DNA of 64,000 nt from the IMG/VR virus record IMGVR_UViG_3300020325_000007; one strand, given 5' to 3'. Positions 1-9,491 of this stretch are shown one piece after another. This stretch comes from an uncultured virus (IMG/VR IMGVR_UViG_3300020325_000007) (lineage: Duplodnaviria > Heunggongvirae > Uroviricota > Caudoviricetes). Positions within the stretch are counted from its first letter, which is position 1; each line of letters starts with the position of its first letter. Position numbers and translations under genes: made by a program. Below the pieces are notes generated by a model. The model made no database searches. It saw only the letters and a list, made by a program, of their open reading frames with translations, and was not told the DNA's origin.

Positions 1-3000
1 AAAAGTTTAATTGAAGGTTCTTTATATGGTGCAGACGCGGGTGAACCTGATACTATTTATGTACCAGCTGGAAAAACAAGAGTATTAGGAACTCAGAAAA
101 GTAGTCAAAAAGACGAACCTTGGATGGATTCAATGGGATATACTCAAATGCATTTTCCAACAGCAGATTCAATATATTCTAAAGACTCTAAAGGTACATC
201 AGATGAAGCCGAATACTACGCAATCAAAAAAATAAAAAAGAATCCAGCGTTAAAAGAACCTGTACCAAGTGATGATTTTGTAACATCGGGTATTGGTGAA
301 AAGGGTGAAGAGTTGCATAAAATAGATGAAGCGTCTGTCTTAAATTTAGGAAAAGGTGTAGTAGATGATGGACCAGGCGCATTTTATGGTGACATGAAAA
401 CTTTTAAATCTGAGATGGAAGAAGTAATTGGTAAACTTGGATGGAACATTGTCACATATCTTATGGACGAAGATGATATGGAATCATTTACAGATACCGA
501 ATATCCTAATGGGCCAGGTAGATATCCCGTTTCATTCTTTCCACAAGGTAAAGCAGGTCTTGACGCATTAGCAGTAAGATATGGTGATGACCTACAAGGA
601 CTACCAGCATACAGAAAGTGGGCAAATCATATCAAAGGTGTTGCATTACAATTAGGATATGAGTTCTTAAACTTCTTAGAACCAAAAGACCAAGATAATG
701 TACTTTCAGATGAACCTAAGAAAGAAGAAGATACAACAGGTACATTAAAAGAATCTATTGAAAGATATGATTTAATAAATGAGGCAAAACAATTACTGAA
801 GATACCATCTGATATTCAAAAAATTCACAAAGCATTTAAAAAGAATGGTAAGAAACTTTATGTAGTGGGTGGAGCAGTAAGAGACGCAATACTTGGTAAG
901 TCACCAAAGGATTATGATTTAGCAACAGACGCAAAACCTGATGAAGTTCTAAAGATTGCAAAAGACACAGGAATGAAAACTGTTGAGGTTGGTAAATCAT
1001 TCGGAGTTGTGATGGTTGGTGGACATGAGATTGCAACATTTAGAAAAGATATCGGTAAAGGTAGAAGACCATCGTCAGTTGATTATACAGATATAGAAGG
1101 TGATGTTAGAAGAAGAGATTTAACTATCAACGCATTATTCTATGATATTGATAAAAAAGAAATCGTAGATTTAGTTGGTGGTATCGCAGACCTTAAAAAG
1201 AAAAACATTAGAACAGTAGGTAAAGCATCAGAAAGATTTGATGAAGACCCACTTAGAAAATTAAGAGCGTTAAGATTCCAAGCAAGTACAGGTGGTAAAC
1301 TTGATAAAGAACTACACGACGCACTTCAAAGTGACCCATCACTAAAAGGTGTAAGTGCTGAAAGAATCAGAGATGAGTTTGTTAAATCTATAAAGAAAGC
1401 AAAGAATCCTTCTAAGTATTTAGAGATGTGTGACAAACTTGGATTTACACAACAGATACTTCCAAATCTAAAAGTATCAAAACCATATCCAAATGATAAC
1501 GATTATATTTTATTCTTATCATCAATATTATCTAAAAACTCACCCGTAGTATTATCAAAAGTATTAAACAAACTTACATACTCAAACGAAGAAAAAAATA
1601 ATATAGTATTCTTAGTATCACTTCAGTCATTTAGACCTGATGATATTGTTGTATATAAAAACGCGCAAAACAAAACATCTTTATCAGATGACCAAATAAA
1701 AAAGTTTGGAAAGTCAATTGGTAAAGATATGGATAAGTTTGTTAAATTCAATTTATCAGTTGGTGGTAGAGATGTACCTAAAGATATTAAAGGTCCACAG
1801 ATAGGATTATGGATTAAGAATAAAGAAAAAGAAAACTTCTTAGATGAGAAGAAAAAACCAAAGAAGAAAGTAAAAAGTAAAAAAGCATCTCTAATGAAAC
1901 AAAAGAGAAAGTTTTATTTAAAACCTGATAACGCAAAAAAAGAACTTGATAGTTCAGGTAGAGAAGGACAAGTACTTTCTAAAAAAGTTGGTAAACAAAG
2001 ACTGTATTTTGTTTCCTATGTTGGAAATGTAGGAACACAGAATATATTTGATGAAGGTATGATTATGGAAGGTGGAGCATATGGACATATGAATCACCCA
2101 TTTGATACCGAAATGAATTTAACATTTGGTGATTTAAAAACAATCATTTCAAATGCTCTAAATGGTAAATTAGAATTTACAAGAGAAAAAACAGATGGAC
2201 AAGCATTAGCAATATCATATCGTAAAGATAGAGGTATTATTGCAGCTAGAAATCAAGGACACCTCAAAAATAGAGGACTTAACGCATTAGACATTAAAGG
2301 TGTCTCAGATAAGTTTGCTAATAGGGGTGGGTTGACCGATGCGTATAATTTCGCTATGAGAGACTTAGAATCAGCCATTTCTAAACTTTCCGACGCGCAA
2401 AGACAAAAAATATTCAAGGATGGCTCAAAATTTATGAACCTTGAAGTCATATGGCCGGAGTCAGTAAACGTAATACCATATGGTCAACCTCTATTAGTAT
2501 TCCACGGAACAATGGAATACGGTGAAGATGGAAAAGCAATAGGTGCAGATACTTCTGACGCAAAAGTACTTGCGGGTATGATTAAACAAGTAAACGCAGA
2601 TGTGCAAAGTCAGTATACAATAAAAGGTCCACCTGTTATTAATTTACCAAAAACTAAAGAACTGTCTAAAATGCAATCTAAGTTTTTCTCACAAGTAAGT
2701 AAACTTCAAAAAGAATTTAAACTAAAAGATTCAAATGGAGTTGCAGACTATCATCAAGCATGGTGGAGTAATTTTGTAGATAAAAACTCACCATCTACTT
2801 TAGATAACAAAACCAAAATGGGATTAGTTAAAAGATGGGCATTTTATGACAAGAAGTTTAGATTAGATAAGAAAAATATTTCTGATTCTAAAACTTTAGA
2901 TTGGGCAAAGAAGACAGACAAACAAGACCACGCTAAAATGGCTAAACAAAATATTAGACCATTTGAAGATATATTCTTAGGTGTAGGTGCGGAAGTTTTA

Positions 3001-3270
3001 TCATTTATGTCATCAGCATTAACAGTAAATCCTGATAAAGCACTCCGTGACATTCAGAAACAATTAGATAAAACTATCAAGGATGTAAACAAGAGTGGTG
3101 ATGAGAAAAAGATTGCAAAATTAAAAATGGAATTAGAACGATTAAATAGTATTGGTGGTAGAAATAAGATAGTACCAAATGAAGGTATTGTATTTACATA
3201 TAAAGGTAACACATACAAGTTAACAGGTACTTTTGCACCACTTAATCAAATACTTGGACTTTTCTATTAA
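1..3270 (+). CDS. 5'-truncated multidomain protein: CCA-adding (class II tRNA nucleotidyltransferase) domain ~784-1848 plus C-terminal RNA-ligase-like domain ~2071-3270
   Basis: Frame is open from base 1 (KSLIEGSLYG...), so the start lies upstream. CCA motifs GGAVRD..LG..PKDYDLAT, RRDLTINAL, EDPLR..R..RF. Ligase-like motifs EKTDG, NLEVI, EGIV, YKLTG. Confidence 0.8.
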   Translation, partial: KSLIEGSLYGADAGEPDTIYVPAGKTRVLGTQKSSQKDEPWMDSMGYTQMHFPTADSIYSKDSKGTSDEAEYYAIKKIKKNPALKEPVPSDDFVTSGIGEKGEELHKIDEASVLNLGKGVVDDGPGAFYGDMKTFKSEMEEVIGKLGWNIVTYLMDEDDMESFTDTEYPNGPGRYPVSFFPQGKAGLDALAVRYGDDLQGLPAYRKWANHIKGVALQLGYEFLNFLEPKDQDNVLSDEPKKEEDTTGTLKESIERYDLINEAKQLLKIPSDIQKIHKAFKKNGKKLYVVGGAVRDAILGKSPKDYDLATDAKPDEVLKIAKDTGMKTVEVGKSFGVVMVGGHEIATFRKDIGKGRRPSSVDYTDIEGDVRRRDLTINALFYDIDKKEIVDLVGGIADLKKKNIRTVGKASERFDEDPLRKLRALRFQASTGGKLDKELHDALQSDPSLKGVSAERIRDEFVKSIKKAKNPSKYLEMCDKLGFTQQILPNLKVSKPYPNDNDYILFLSSILSKNSPVVLSKVLNKLTYSNEEKNNIVFLVSLQSFRPDDIVVYKNAQNKTSLSDDQIKKFGKSIGKDMDKFVKFNLSVGGRDVPKDIKGPQIGLWIKNKEKENFLDEKKKPKKKVKSKKASLMKQKRKFYLKPDNAKKELDSSGREGQVLSKKVGKQRLYFVSYVGNVGTQNIFDEGMIMEGGAYGHMNHPFDTEMNLTFGDLKTIISNALNGKLEFTREKTDGQALAISYRKDRGIIAARNQGHLKNRGLNALDIKGVSDKFANRGGLTDAYNFAMRDLESAISKLSDAQRQKIFKDGSKFMNLEVIWPESVNVIPYGQPLLVFHGTMEYGEDGKAIGADTSDAKVLAGMIKQVNADVQSQYTIKGPPVINLPKTKELSKMQSKFFSQVSKLQKEFKLKDSNGVADYHQAWWSNFVDKNSPSTLDNKTKMGLVKRWAFYDKKFRLDKKNISDSKTLDWAKKTDKQDHAKMAKQNIRPFEDIFLGVGAEVLSFMSSALTVNPDKALRDIQKQLDKTIKDVNKSGDEKKIAKLKMELERLNSIGGRNKIVPNEGIVFTYKGNTYKLTGTFAPLNQILGLFY

Positions 3271-3278
3271 TTTTTGTA

Positions 3279-3286
3279 TATTTATA
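3279..3286 (+). promoter_or_regulatory. putative phage late-promoter motif TATTTATA
   Basis: Intergenic motif that recurs upstream of many genes; 20 nt before ATG 3307. Confidence 0.55.
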
Positions 3287-3306
3287 TAAAGTATTAACAA
3301 ACGGTT

Positions 3307-3888
3307 ATGTCAAAAAAATTAAAAAATGTAAAAGCAGTCAAAGAGATGGTTGCTGGAACACACAAAAGTCAAACTAAAACCACTGTTGGTTTTGGTGAGA
3401 CTAAAACTATTGTCAAAAGAGAAGTCGGTGATAGATGGACGGATGACAATGGAAATGTTTGGGAACAAAAGAAAGGGTACAAAGTTAAACTTGGTAAACT
3501 TTCAGAGTTAAGAAAAGAACTCAACACATTCCCAAACTGTAAAAAAGAAATTTGTACTTGTACAAACCCTAAACGAAATGACATCAAAATGAAAACAATT
3601 CATGGGATGTGTTTCGATTGTGTTATCCAAATGGAACACGAATTAAAACTAAGTGGTGGGTATAAGGACTACGAAAAAGATAAAATGTTGGCTAACATGA
3701 AATCTTGGTTTAAACAAGCCGAGATTGAAAAGGAAGCATTAAAGGCAGGATTGAAAACGAAGTTCGTTAACGAAGACGGTTCATTTGAAGAATGGAATGG
3801 AATGTCTTGGGACGAGATGGAAGAAAAGATTGAAAACGAGTTTCGTATTTTTAAAGAAAACTATATCCAAAAAGTGGAGAGTAGATGA
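3307..3888 (+). CDS. hypothetical protein with Cys/His cluster (possible Zn binding)
   Basis: 193 aa; CKKEICTC...HGMCFDC. Confidence 0.6.
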   Translation: MSKKLKNVKAVKEMVAGTHKSQTKTTVGFGETKTIVKREVGDRWTDDNGNVWEQKKGYKVKLGKLSELRKELNTFPNCKKEICTCTNPKRNDIKMKTIHGMCFDCVIQMEHELKLSGGYKDYEKDKMLANMKSWFKQAEIEKEALKAGLKTKFVNEDGSFEEWNGMSWDEMEEKIENEFRIFKENYIQKVESR

Positions 3889-4295
3889 AAACCTTTATTA
3901 AAGAAACTTACGAGTCGTACAAGACAGATGGTGTCCCTCACACGTTAGCGTTGGAGTACACCATTTCTGATGTATATGAAAGATTAGTTTCAGAAGGACT
4001 AATGAACGAAGACCTTCGTAAATGGTTCGGTAAAGGAAAGACAGGTACCGCGTCAGGTGGTGGTTGGGATAGATACGGAAGTGACGGTCAGAAGTTAGGT
4101 AAGTGTGGTGATGGTAAAGAAGGTGGAGCATACGCAGCCTGTTTATCACAAGAGAAAGCAAAAAAACTTGGACCAAAAGGTAGAGCAGCATTTGTAAGAA
4201 GAAAAAGAGCGGCACAAAAAAAAGGTGGTGACGCTAAAAAAGGTGGGAACAGAACCAAAGGTAAAGCACCCACTAATACTAAGACAGGAGCATAG
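3885..4295 (+). CDS. small basic hypothetical protein, candidate head-internal protein
   Basis: ATGA overlap with upstream gene, GGAG SD; LMNE linker followed by basic DLRKWF module. Confidence 0.6.
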   Translation: MKTFIKETYESYKTDGVPHTLALEYTISDVYERLVSEGLMNEDLRKWFGKGKTGTASGGGWDRYGSDGQKLGKCGDGKEGGAYAACLSQEKAKKLGPKGRAAFVRRKRAAQKKGGDAKKGGNRTKGKAPTNTKTGA

Positions 4296-5708
4296 ATGAA
4301 TCCAAAACTAAATAAAAAAGTTAAGAAATTCTTAGACGCGTATTTTAAAGGAACGAAAGCATCGTCTCCTGAAGCACATCACGCTTTAATGTTTATTTTA
4401 AAAGGTGCATTAACAGACGCAAACTTTCATAGTACATCTAAGAAAGTAGATAAATTATTTCCAAAAGCTAAAAATGCAAAATACTTTGGTAAACGAGAGT
4501 GGGAAGATAGTCTTGAAGATAAAGGTGTAGATATTGCAACAATGGCAAAATGGGATGGACACGATATTCTTGACGCAATCGGATTCTTTGTATCAATGTA
4601 TGTAGGTGGTCCCGTAGGTAAAAAAATTACTGACCTTAAAAACGAATCTCTAAATAGAGAATCTAAACTATTAGAAAACTTATCAGTTCTTGTTGAAAAG
4701 AATGTTCCTACAAATCCATCTAAATGGTCTTACTACAAATCACAAGCTAAAAAGAAGTTTGATGTATATCCATCAGCATATGCAAACGCATGGGCGGCGA
4801 AACAATATAAAGCAGCAGGTGGTGGATGGAGAAAAACTAAAGGTGAAGGTATAAAAGCACCCGAACACGATACGGTAAGTGATGCGGATACAATGAAGGA
4901 AGCAGATTTCAGTAAAATGAAACCATCACAAGTTAGTAAAGCTATATCAAGGATGAAAAAAGTCTTAATGAAGAAATGGCAAAAAAGAGGTGGATACGAA
5001 AACTTCGGTCAAAGAGAACTTGATGTAATGAAAGACAAGTTAAACTACAATCCTTATGGTACACCCGATGAAAGAAAGATTGCTAAGATGTTAGATGGTC
5101 TTGATAATTGGGCAATGAATTATGATGGTAATATGAGAGAATCAGTAATCAATGAAATCTCAGCAGAAGGTGGATTGAAAAGAGTAATCAAAGGACAGAC
5201 TCGTGAAGTAGAAGGAATCAAATTATCTGTACCAATGGCACAGGCGATGTTAGATTGGTTTAACTCTTCACCATATGGTAGAAAGTATCCAAGAGCTAAA
5301 AAAGCAAGATTACACTTATCTTTAGGTATCATGATGGGATTCGGATTAGAGAGATACGCTAAACATAAAGGTGCAAAAGACGAGTTAAAGTATATCAAGA
5401 CTTTAGCAAGGGCAATGAGAGAAGACAATACCTTAAGAGAATCTACAATCAAACATTTGAAATCATTGAACGAAGGTAAGTACAATTACAAAGATGACGC
5501 AATGACTGCCTATATGAAAGGTAAAATTTCTGCACAAGAATTAGATAAGATTGCAAAAAATGATTTCAAATCATCAGTAGCAACTAAAAAAGAATTACAA
5601 AACTTTCTTGACTCAGGATACATGAAAGAGTTGATGGCAAACACATACGGACTCAAAGTACCCGCTATGGAAAAGAAAGTTAAAGAATTAATGAAGTACG
5701 CAAGTTAA
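4296..5708 (+). CDS. modular basic protein, candidate head-internal polyprotein
   Basis: 470 aa, AGGAG SD; modules such as YPSAYANAWAAKQYKAAGGGW separated by LVE/INE/LNE linkers. Confidence 0.6.
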   Translation: MNPKLNKKVKKFLDAYFKGTKASSPEAHHALMFILKGALTDANFHSTSKKVDKLFPKAKNAKYFGKREWEDSLEDKGVDIATMAKWDGHDILDAIGFFVSMYVGGPVGKKITDLKNESLNRESKLLENLSVLVEKNVPTNPSKWSYYKSQAKKKFDVYPSAYANAWAAKQYKAAGGGWRKTKGEGIKAPEHDTVSDADTMKEADFSKMKPSQVSKAISRMKKVLMKKWQKRGGYENFGQRELDVMKDKLNYNPYGTPDERKIAKMLDGLDNWAMNYDGNMRESVINEISAEGGLKRVIKGQTREVEGIKLSVPMAQAMLDWFNSSPYGRKYPRAKKARLHLSLGIMMGFGLERYAKHKGAKDELKYIKTLARAMREDNTLRESTIKHLKSLNEGKYNYKDDAMTAYMKGKISAQELDKIAKNDFKSSVATKKELQNFLDSGYMKELMANTYGLKVPAMEKKVKELMKYAS

Positions 5709-5716
5709 AGGTAAGT

Positions 5717-7927
5717 ATGGATAAGAACCAACTCAAACACATCATTAAGGAAGAGTACCAAAATGTTAAATCATTTATGGAAGACAAATATGGATTCACA
5801 CCTGAGTTAGGTAAAGTGATTTCTAATCCTTACGCAAAGTCATTTGTAAACGAAGTATCTGAACCTGAAGTAATTTCACAATTAAGAGATATCGTTAATA
5901 AAAAACAAAACAAAAAAATCAAAGACCCAAAGAGTGGTAAAATGATGAGAGTTGATATGTTCTCAGCATCAGCAGTTACTAAAGTGTATGATGCAATCAA
6001 CAAATCTAACAAAGAAAAGTTTTCAAAACTATCTTTACCTAAAATGGTAAATGTCGCATTTACTGTAATGAAGAAAGAATCAGTAAACGAATTATTAGTG
6101 ATAGTAGATAAGTTTGATAAAAACAAACAAGACTATGGTAAAATCTATTACCGAGATGGTGGTAACAGACCAGGCGATGGTGATATCAACAAAGCAAATA
6201 AAGAGTTAGAAAAGTTAAGTAAGAAACACAAAGGTTTAACTCTTGTATCAGTTGGTAGAAATAGTAAGATGTATGATGTAAATGAATCACTAAATGAAGC
6301 TAAATACAAACATACTTACAAATCTATAACTGACCAACAAAAAGATTTAAAAAGAATATTTCCAAGTGGTCACCCAAGAGTTAGTGTAAAAGCATATCAC
6401 GATATGAATCCACAAGGTAAAATGAAAACCTCTTATGTAGAAATAGAAGGTCCATCATCATATGTTGACGCATACAAAAAAATGGCATTCAATGGTAAAA
6501 AAACTATGAGAGATGTTATTAAGTTTGTAGAAAAGAACGAATCAGTAAATGAAGAATTCAAATCAAAAGATTCTACCTTTGAAAAAGTATATGGTATCTT
6601 TGATAAGCGAGATTACTTTAATAACAAAGGATTTGCAAAAACTCAAATCGGAAACTTTGAAAGAGCATTACAAAAAAAAGATAAAGGTGCACAACAAATC
6701 TTAGATAAGTTCAAAGGTGATGTGAATAAGGCAAAAGATTATATTTTCCAAGTTCTCATAGATAGAAGAAAAGAAGAATCTTTTAACGATTACAAAGCAT
6801 TCAAGGCAGCAGTTGATTCAATTCAAAAAGGAAAACCAATTCCTGGCGCCGTTGATTTAGTAAAAAGAAGAATTCATAATAATTCACAAAAATATACGAT
6901 GGCTCTTTATAGTGCACTTCGTAATCAAAAATTTAATAAGTGGAAAGATATCCATACTGATGTAGATTCTTTAATTGGTGAATCAGTAAACGAGGCATAT
7001 ATTGTATTGTACGCACCAAAAAAAGGAGTGAAGCCAGTAACAACCGCAGCTTACAAAGATAAGAAAGACGCTGAAAAGTGGGCGAAAGATTTAGGTGGTG
7101 TCACAATGATTATTAAAAGAAAAGTAAAAGGTATCGATGAAGGTAAGAAAAGATACTACCAAAAAGATGGTATTGGTAAAGCAAAATACACAATCTCTTA
7201 CCACGATGGAAAAAAGACACACAAAGATGGTAGTGATTTCTTTGATATCCAAATTTTCAAAAATAAAAAAGATTTAGCAAAGTTTGTAAATACTTTACAT
7301 AAAGCTGGTTATGTTTATGGATTTAATGAAGGTGTAAATGAAGGTGTATTCTCTAACTTAGACCTAATCAGACAAAATTCTAAAGACGCAAGAGATTTTA
7401 TCAAGAATGTATTTAAAGATGATGATTTTAAAGATATGAAGAACGACAGAGAGTTTTTAAAGTATCTTAAATCTATCTACGAAGGATTTGCAAGTGACGC
7501 ACAAAGAAGAGCAGCATTTGCAAGTGGATATAAAGCAAAAGGTAAAAAGGGTAAGAAAAAAGAATCAATAGAAGAATATGATGTAGAAAATTACCAAGAC
7601 GTAAAAGAATTCATAGAATTTATGAGAGAATATGAAAAAGACCCTTACGCGTTAAATCCTACTGTAAATGAGGCAGAATATCAAGGTAGAGATGTTAAAC
7701 TTGGTAAGATTATGCAAGGTGACGTTAAAAAGTTTAAAGTTTATGTTAAAAACCCAAAAGGTAATGTAGTAAAAGTAAACTTTGGTCACAAAGGTAAAGG
7801 TGGTGAAAAAACCATGAGAATCAAAAAGTCTGACCCTGCAAGAAGAAAAGCATTTAGGTCAAGACACAACTGTGATAATCCAGGCCCAAGACATAAAGCA
7901 AGATATTGGGCGTGTAGAACTTGGTAA
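5717..7927 (+). CDS. modular basic protein, candidate head-internal polyprotein
   Basis: 736 aa; repeated ESVNE/LNE/VNE linkers; C-terminal FRSRHNC...ARYWAC module. Confidence 0.65.
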   Translation: MDKNQLKHIIKEEYQNVKSFMEDKYGFTPELGKVISNPYAKSFVNEVSEPEVISQLRDIVNKKQNKKIKDPKSGKMMRVDMFSASAVTKVYDAINKSNKEKFSKLSLPKMVNVAFTVMKKESVNELLVIVDKFDKNKQDYGKIYYRDGGNRPGDGDINKANKELEKLSKKHKGLTLVSVGRNSKMYDVNESLNEAKYKHTYKSITDQQKDLKRIFPSGHPRVSVKAYHDMNPQGKMKTSYVEIEGPSSYVDAYKKMAFNGKKTMRDVIKFVEKNESVNEEFKSKDSTFEKVYGIFDKRDYFNNKGFAKTQIGNFERALQKKDKGAQQILDKFKGDVNKAKDYIFQVLIDRRKEESFNDYKAFKAAVDSIQKGKPIPGAVDLVKRRIHNNSQKYTMALYSALRNQKFNKWKDIHTDVDSLIGESVNEAYIVLYAPKKGVKPVTTAAYKDKKDAEKWAKDLGGVTMIIKRKVKGIDEGKKRYYQKDGIGKAKYTISYHDGKKTHKDGSDFFDIQIFKNKKDLAKFVNTLHKAGYVYGFNEGVNEGVFSNLDLIRQNSKDARDFIKNVFKDDDFKDMKNDREFLKYLKSIYEGFASDAQRRAAFASGYKAKGKKGKKKESIEEYDVENYQDVKEFIEFMREYEKDPYALNPTVNEAEYQGRDVKLGKIMQGDVKKFKVYVKNPKGNVVKVNFGHKGKGGEKTMRIKKSDPARRKAFRSRHNCDNPGPRHKARYWACRTW

Positions 7928-7932
7928 TTACA

Positions 7933-7959
7933 TTCATTAAATTTATTTTCATATTTATA
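7933..7959 (+). promoter_or_regulatory. extended late-promoter element, identical 27-nt copy at 16801-16827
   Basis: TTCATTAAATTTATTTTCATATTTATA at both loci. Confidence 0.6.
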
Positions 7960-7976
7960 TACAAAGTTAATTAGTT

Positions 7977-8969
7977 ATGAACATTATACAGACTTATCAG
8001 TGTAAGAAGACTGAAAAATTAGACGACCTTACACTACTAACACAATTCTTAAGTGTTATTAAATTAAAAAGATTAAATCCAAACTCTAAAATAATTTTTT
8101 ATACCGATACGGAAACTAAAAAGTTATATGAAGACTTTGGTATCTTAAATCTTTACGATGAGGTAAATACAGAAGTACTTGATAGTTTCGATAGTAGTAA
8201 AGTAAACTATGATATGTTTTGGGCAACACCCAAATTCTGTGTTATGGAAAAACAAGAGGAACCTTTTGTAATCGTAGATACAGATATGGTAGTACATCTT
8301 CCATTAGAAGTGGCGTTAAGTGATAAAAACAATGATGTTTTCTTTTTTCATACAGAAACACCAGCACAGTATCCATTTCCAACTTTAATATCACAACCTA
8401 AAGACTTTGAATGGTCTAATGACGAGTTGATAGCATTCGCAAATTCATTACCATTTAATTGTGCTATATTAGGATTTAATAATATAAAGTTTTGTCACAA
8501 GTATGTAAAACGATATTTCGAATTTGTTCTAAATAACGAAGGTAAAGTAATTGATTTACCTGAATTGGATTATCTACATGAATATGGACCACAGGTAACA
8601 GCAGAACAATGGTTATTACCTGCGATGGCATATTTAGAAAACTTCCAACCAATCATGAGTCCGATTGATAGTTACAATATAAGAACTATTTCATTATCAG
8701 ATTCAATAGCGAGTCCATTTAGATTTATGCACCAAATGCATAATGAAGCACAACAAATCATACTCGAAGAAATGAATCAAAACGTTTTTCATCTTTGGGG
8801 AGCAAAAACATTCTATGAAAAAGAACGTTTTGAAGAGTGGGATAGAATCAAAAGAAGTTTGATAGAATCTGTTTCATATGAAATAGACCAACATCATCCT
8901 AAAACACATTTTGATGTATTAGAAAAGATAGAGGAATATTGTAGAGAAGTTCCAAAATCAACTAATTAA
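7977..8969 (+). CDS. putative GT-A-fold sugar transferase-like protein (DUF6734-like)
   Basis: FWATPK...EPFVIVDTD (DxD motif), late HLWG. Confidence 0.5.
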   Translation: MNIIQTYQCKKTEKLDDLTLLTQFLSVIKLKRLNPNSKIIFYTDTETKKLYEDFGILNLYDEVNTEVLDSFDSSKVNYDMFWATPKFCVMEKQEEPFVIVDTDMVVHLPLEVALSDKNNDVFFFHTETPAQYPFPTLISQPKDFEWSNDELIAFANSLPFNCAILGFNNIKFCHKYVKRYFEFVLNNEGKVIDLPELDYLHEYGPQVTAEQWLLPAMAYLENFQPIMSPIDSYNIRTISLSDSIASPFRFMHQMHNEAQQIILEEMNQNVFHLWGAKTFYEKERFEEWDRIKRSLIESVSYEIDQHHPKTHFDVLEKIEEYCREVPKSTN

Positions 8970-8980
8970 TTTTTTTTTCA

Positions 8981-8988
8981 TATTTATA
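8981..8988 (+). promoter_or_regulatory. putative late-promoter motif TATTTATA
   Basis: Intergenic, upstream of 9021. Confidence 0.55.
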
Positions 8989-9020
8989 TTAACAACAATA
9001 ATTTTTAAAATAGGTAAATT

Positions 9021-9464
9021 ATGGCATTATGGATTATTTTAGGTGTATTAGTCGCGGGAGCGGGAGTATACTTTTACTTTTACAAAACAGGTAAAATCAA
9101 TGATAGGGATGGAGATTACATTCCTGATGAAGTTGAAGACGCAGTTGAAGATGTAAAAGAAACAGCAACCAAAGTTAAGTCTGAGGTTAAAAGAAGAGCC
9201 AAGAGAGTCAAAGAAGAACTTGGTGATGTTGCCGATTCAATCAAAGAAGTTGGTAAACAATCTAAAGACGTTGTTAACGCAGCGAAGGGAAACAAGAGAA
9301 AAGGTAGAAGACCATCTTCAGGTTCAGGTTCAGGAAAAGGACGTGGAAGAAAAACTTCAGGAAAAGGTACCGCTGGAAGAGCATCAGGTTCAGGTTCAGG
9401 TAGAGGTAGAGGAAGAAAATCTTCAGGTTCAGGTTCAGGTAGAGGTAGAGGTTCTAAAAAATAA
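9021..9464 (+). CDS. membrane-anchored protein with basic Ser/Gly/Arg repeat tail
   Basis: N-terminal TM helix, DRDGDYIPD loop, SGSGSG(R/K)GRG x3. Confidence 0.65.
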   Translation: MALWIILGVLVAGAGVYFYFYKTGKINDRDGDYIPDEVEDAVEDVKETATKVKSEVKRRAKRVKEELGDVADSIKEVGKQSKDVVNAAKGNKRKGRRPSSGSGSGKGRGRKTSGKGTAGRASGSGSGRGRGRKSSGSGSGRGRGSKK

Positions 9465-9491
9465 AACCCCTAACGGGATAGGAGAATCTGT

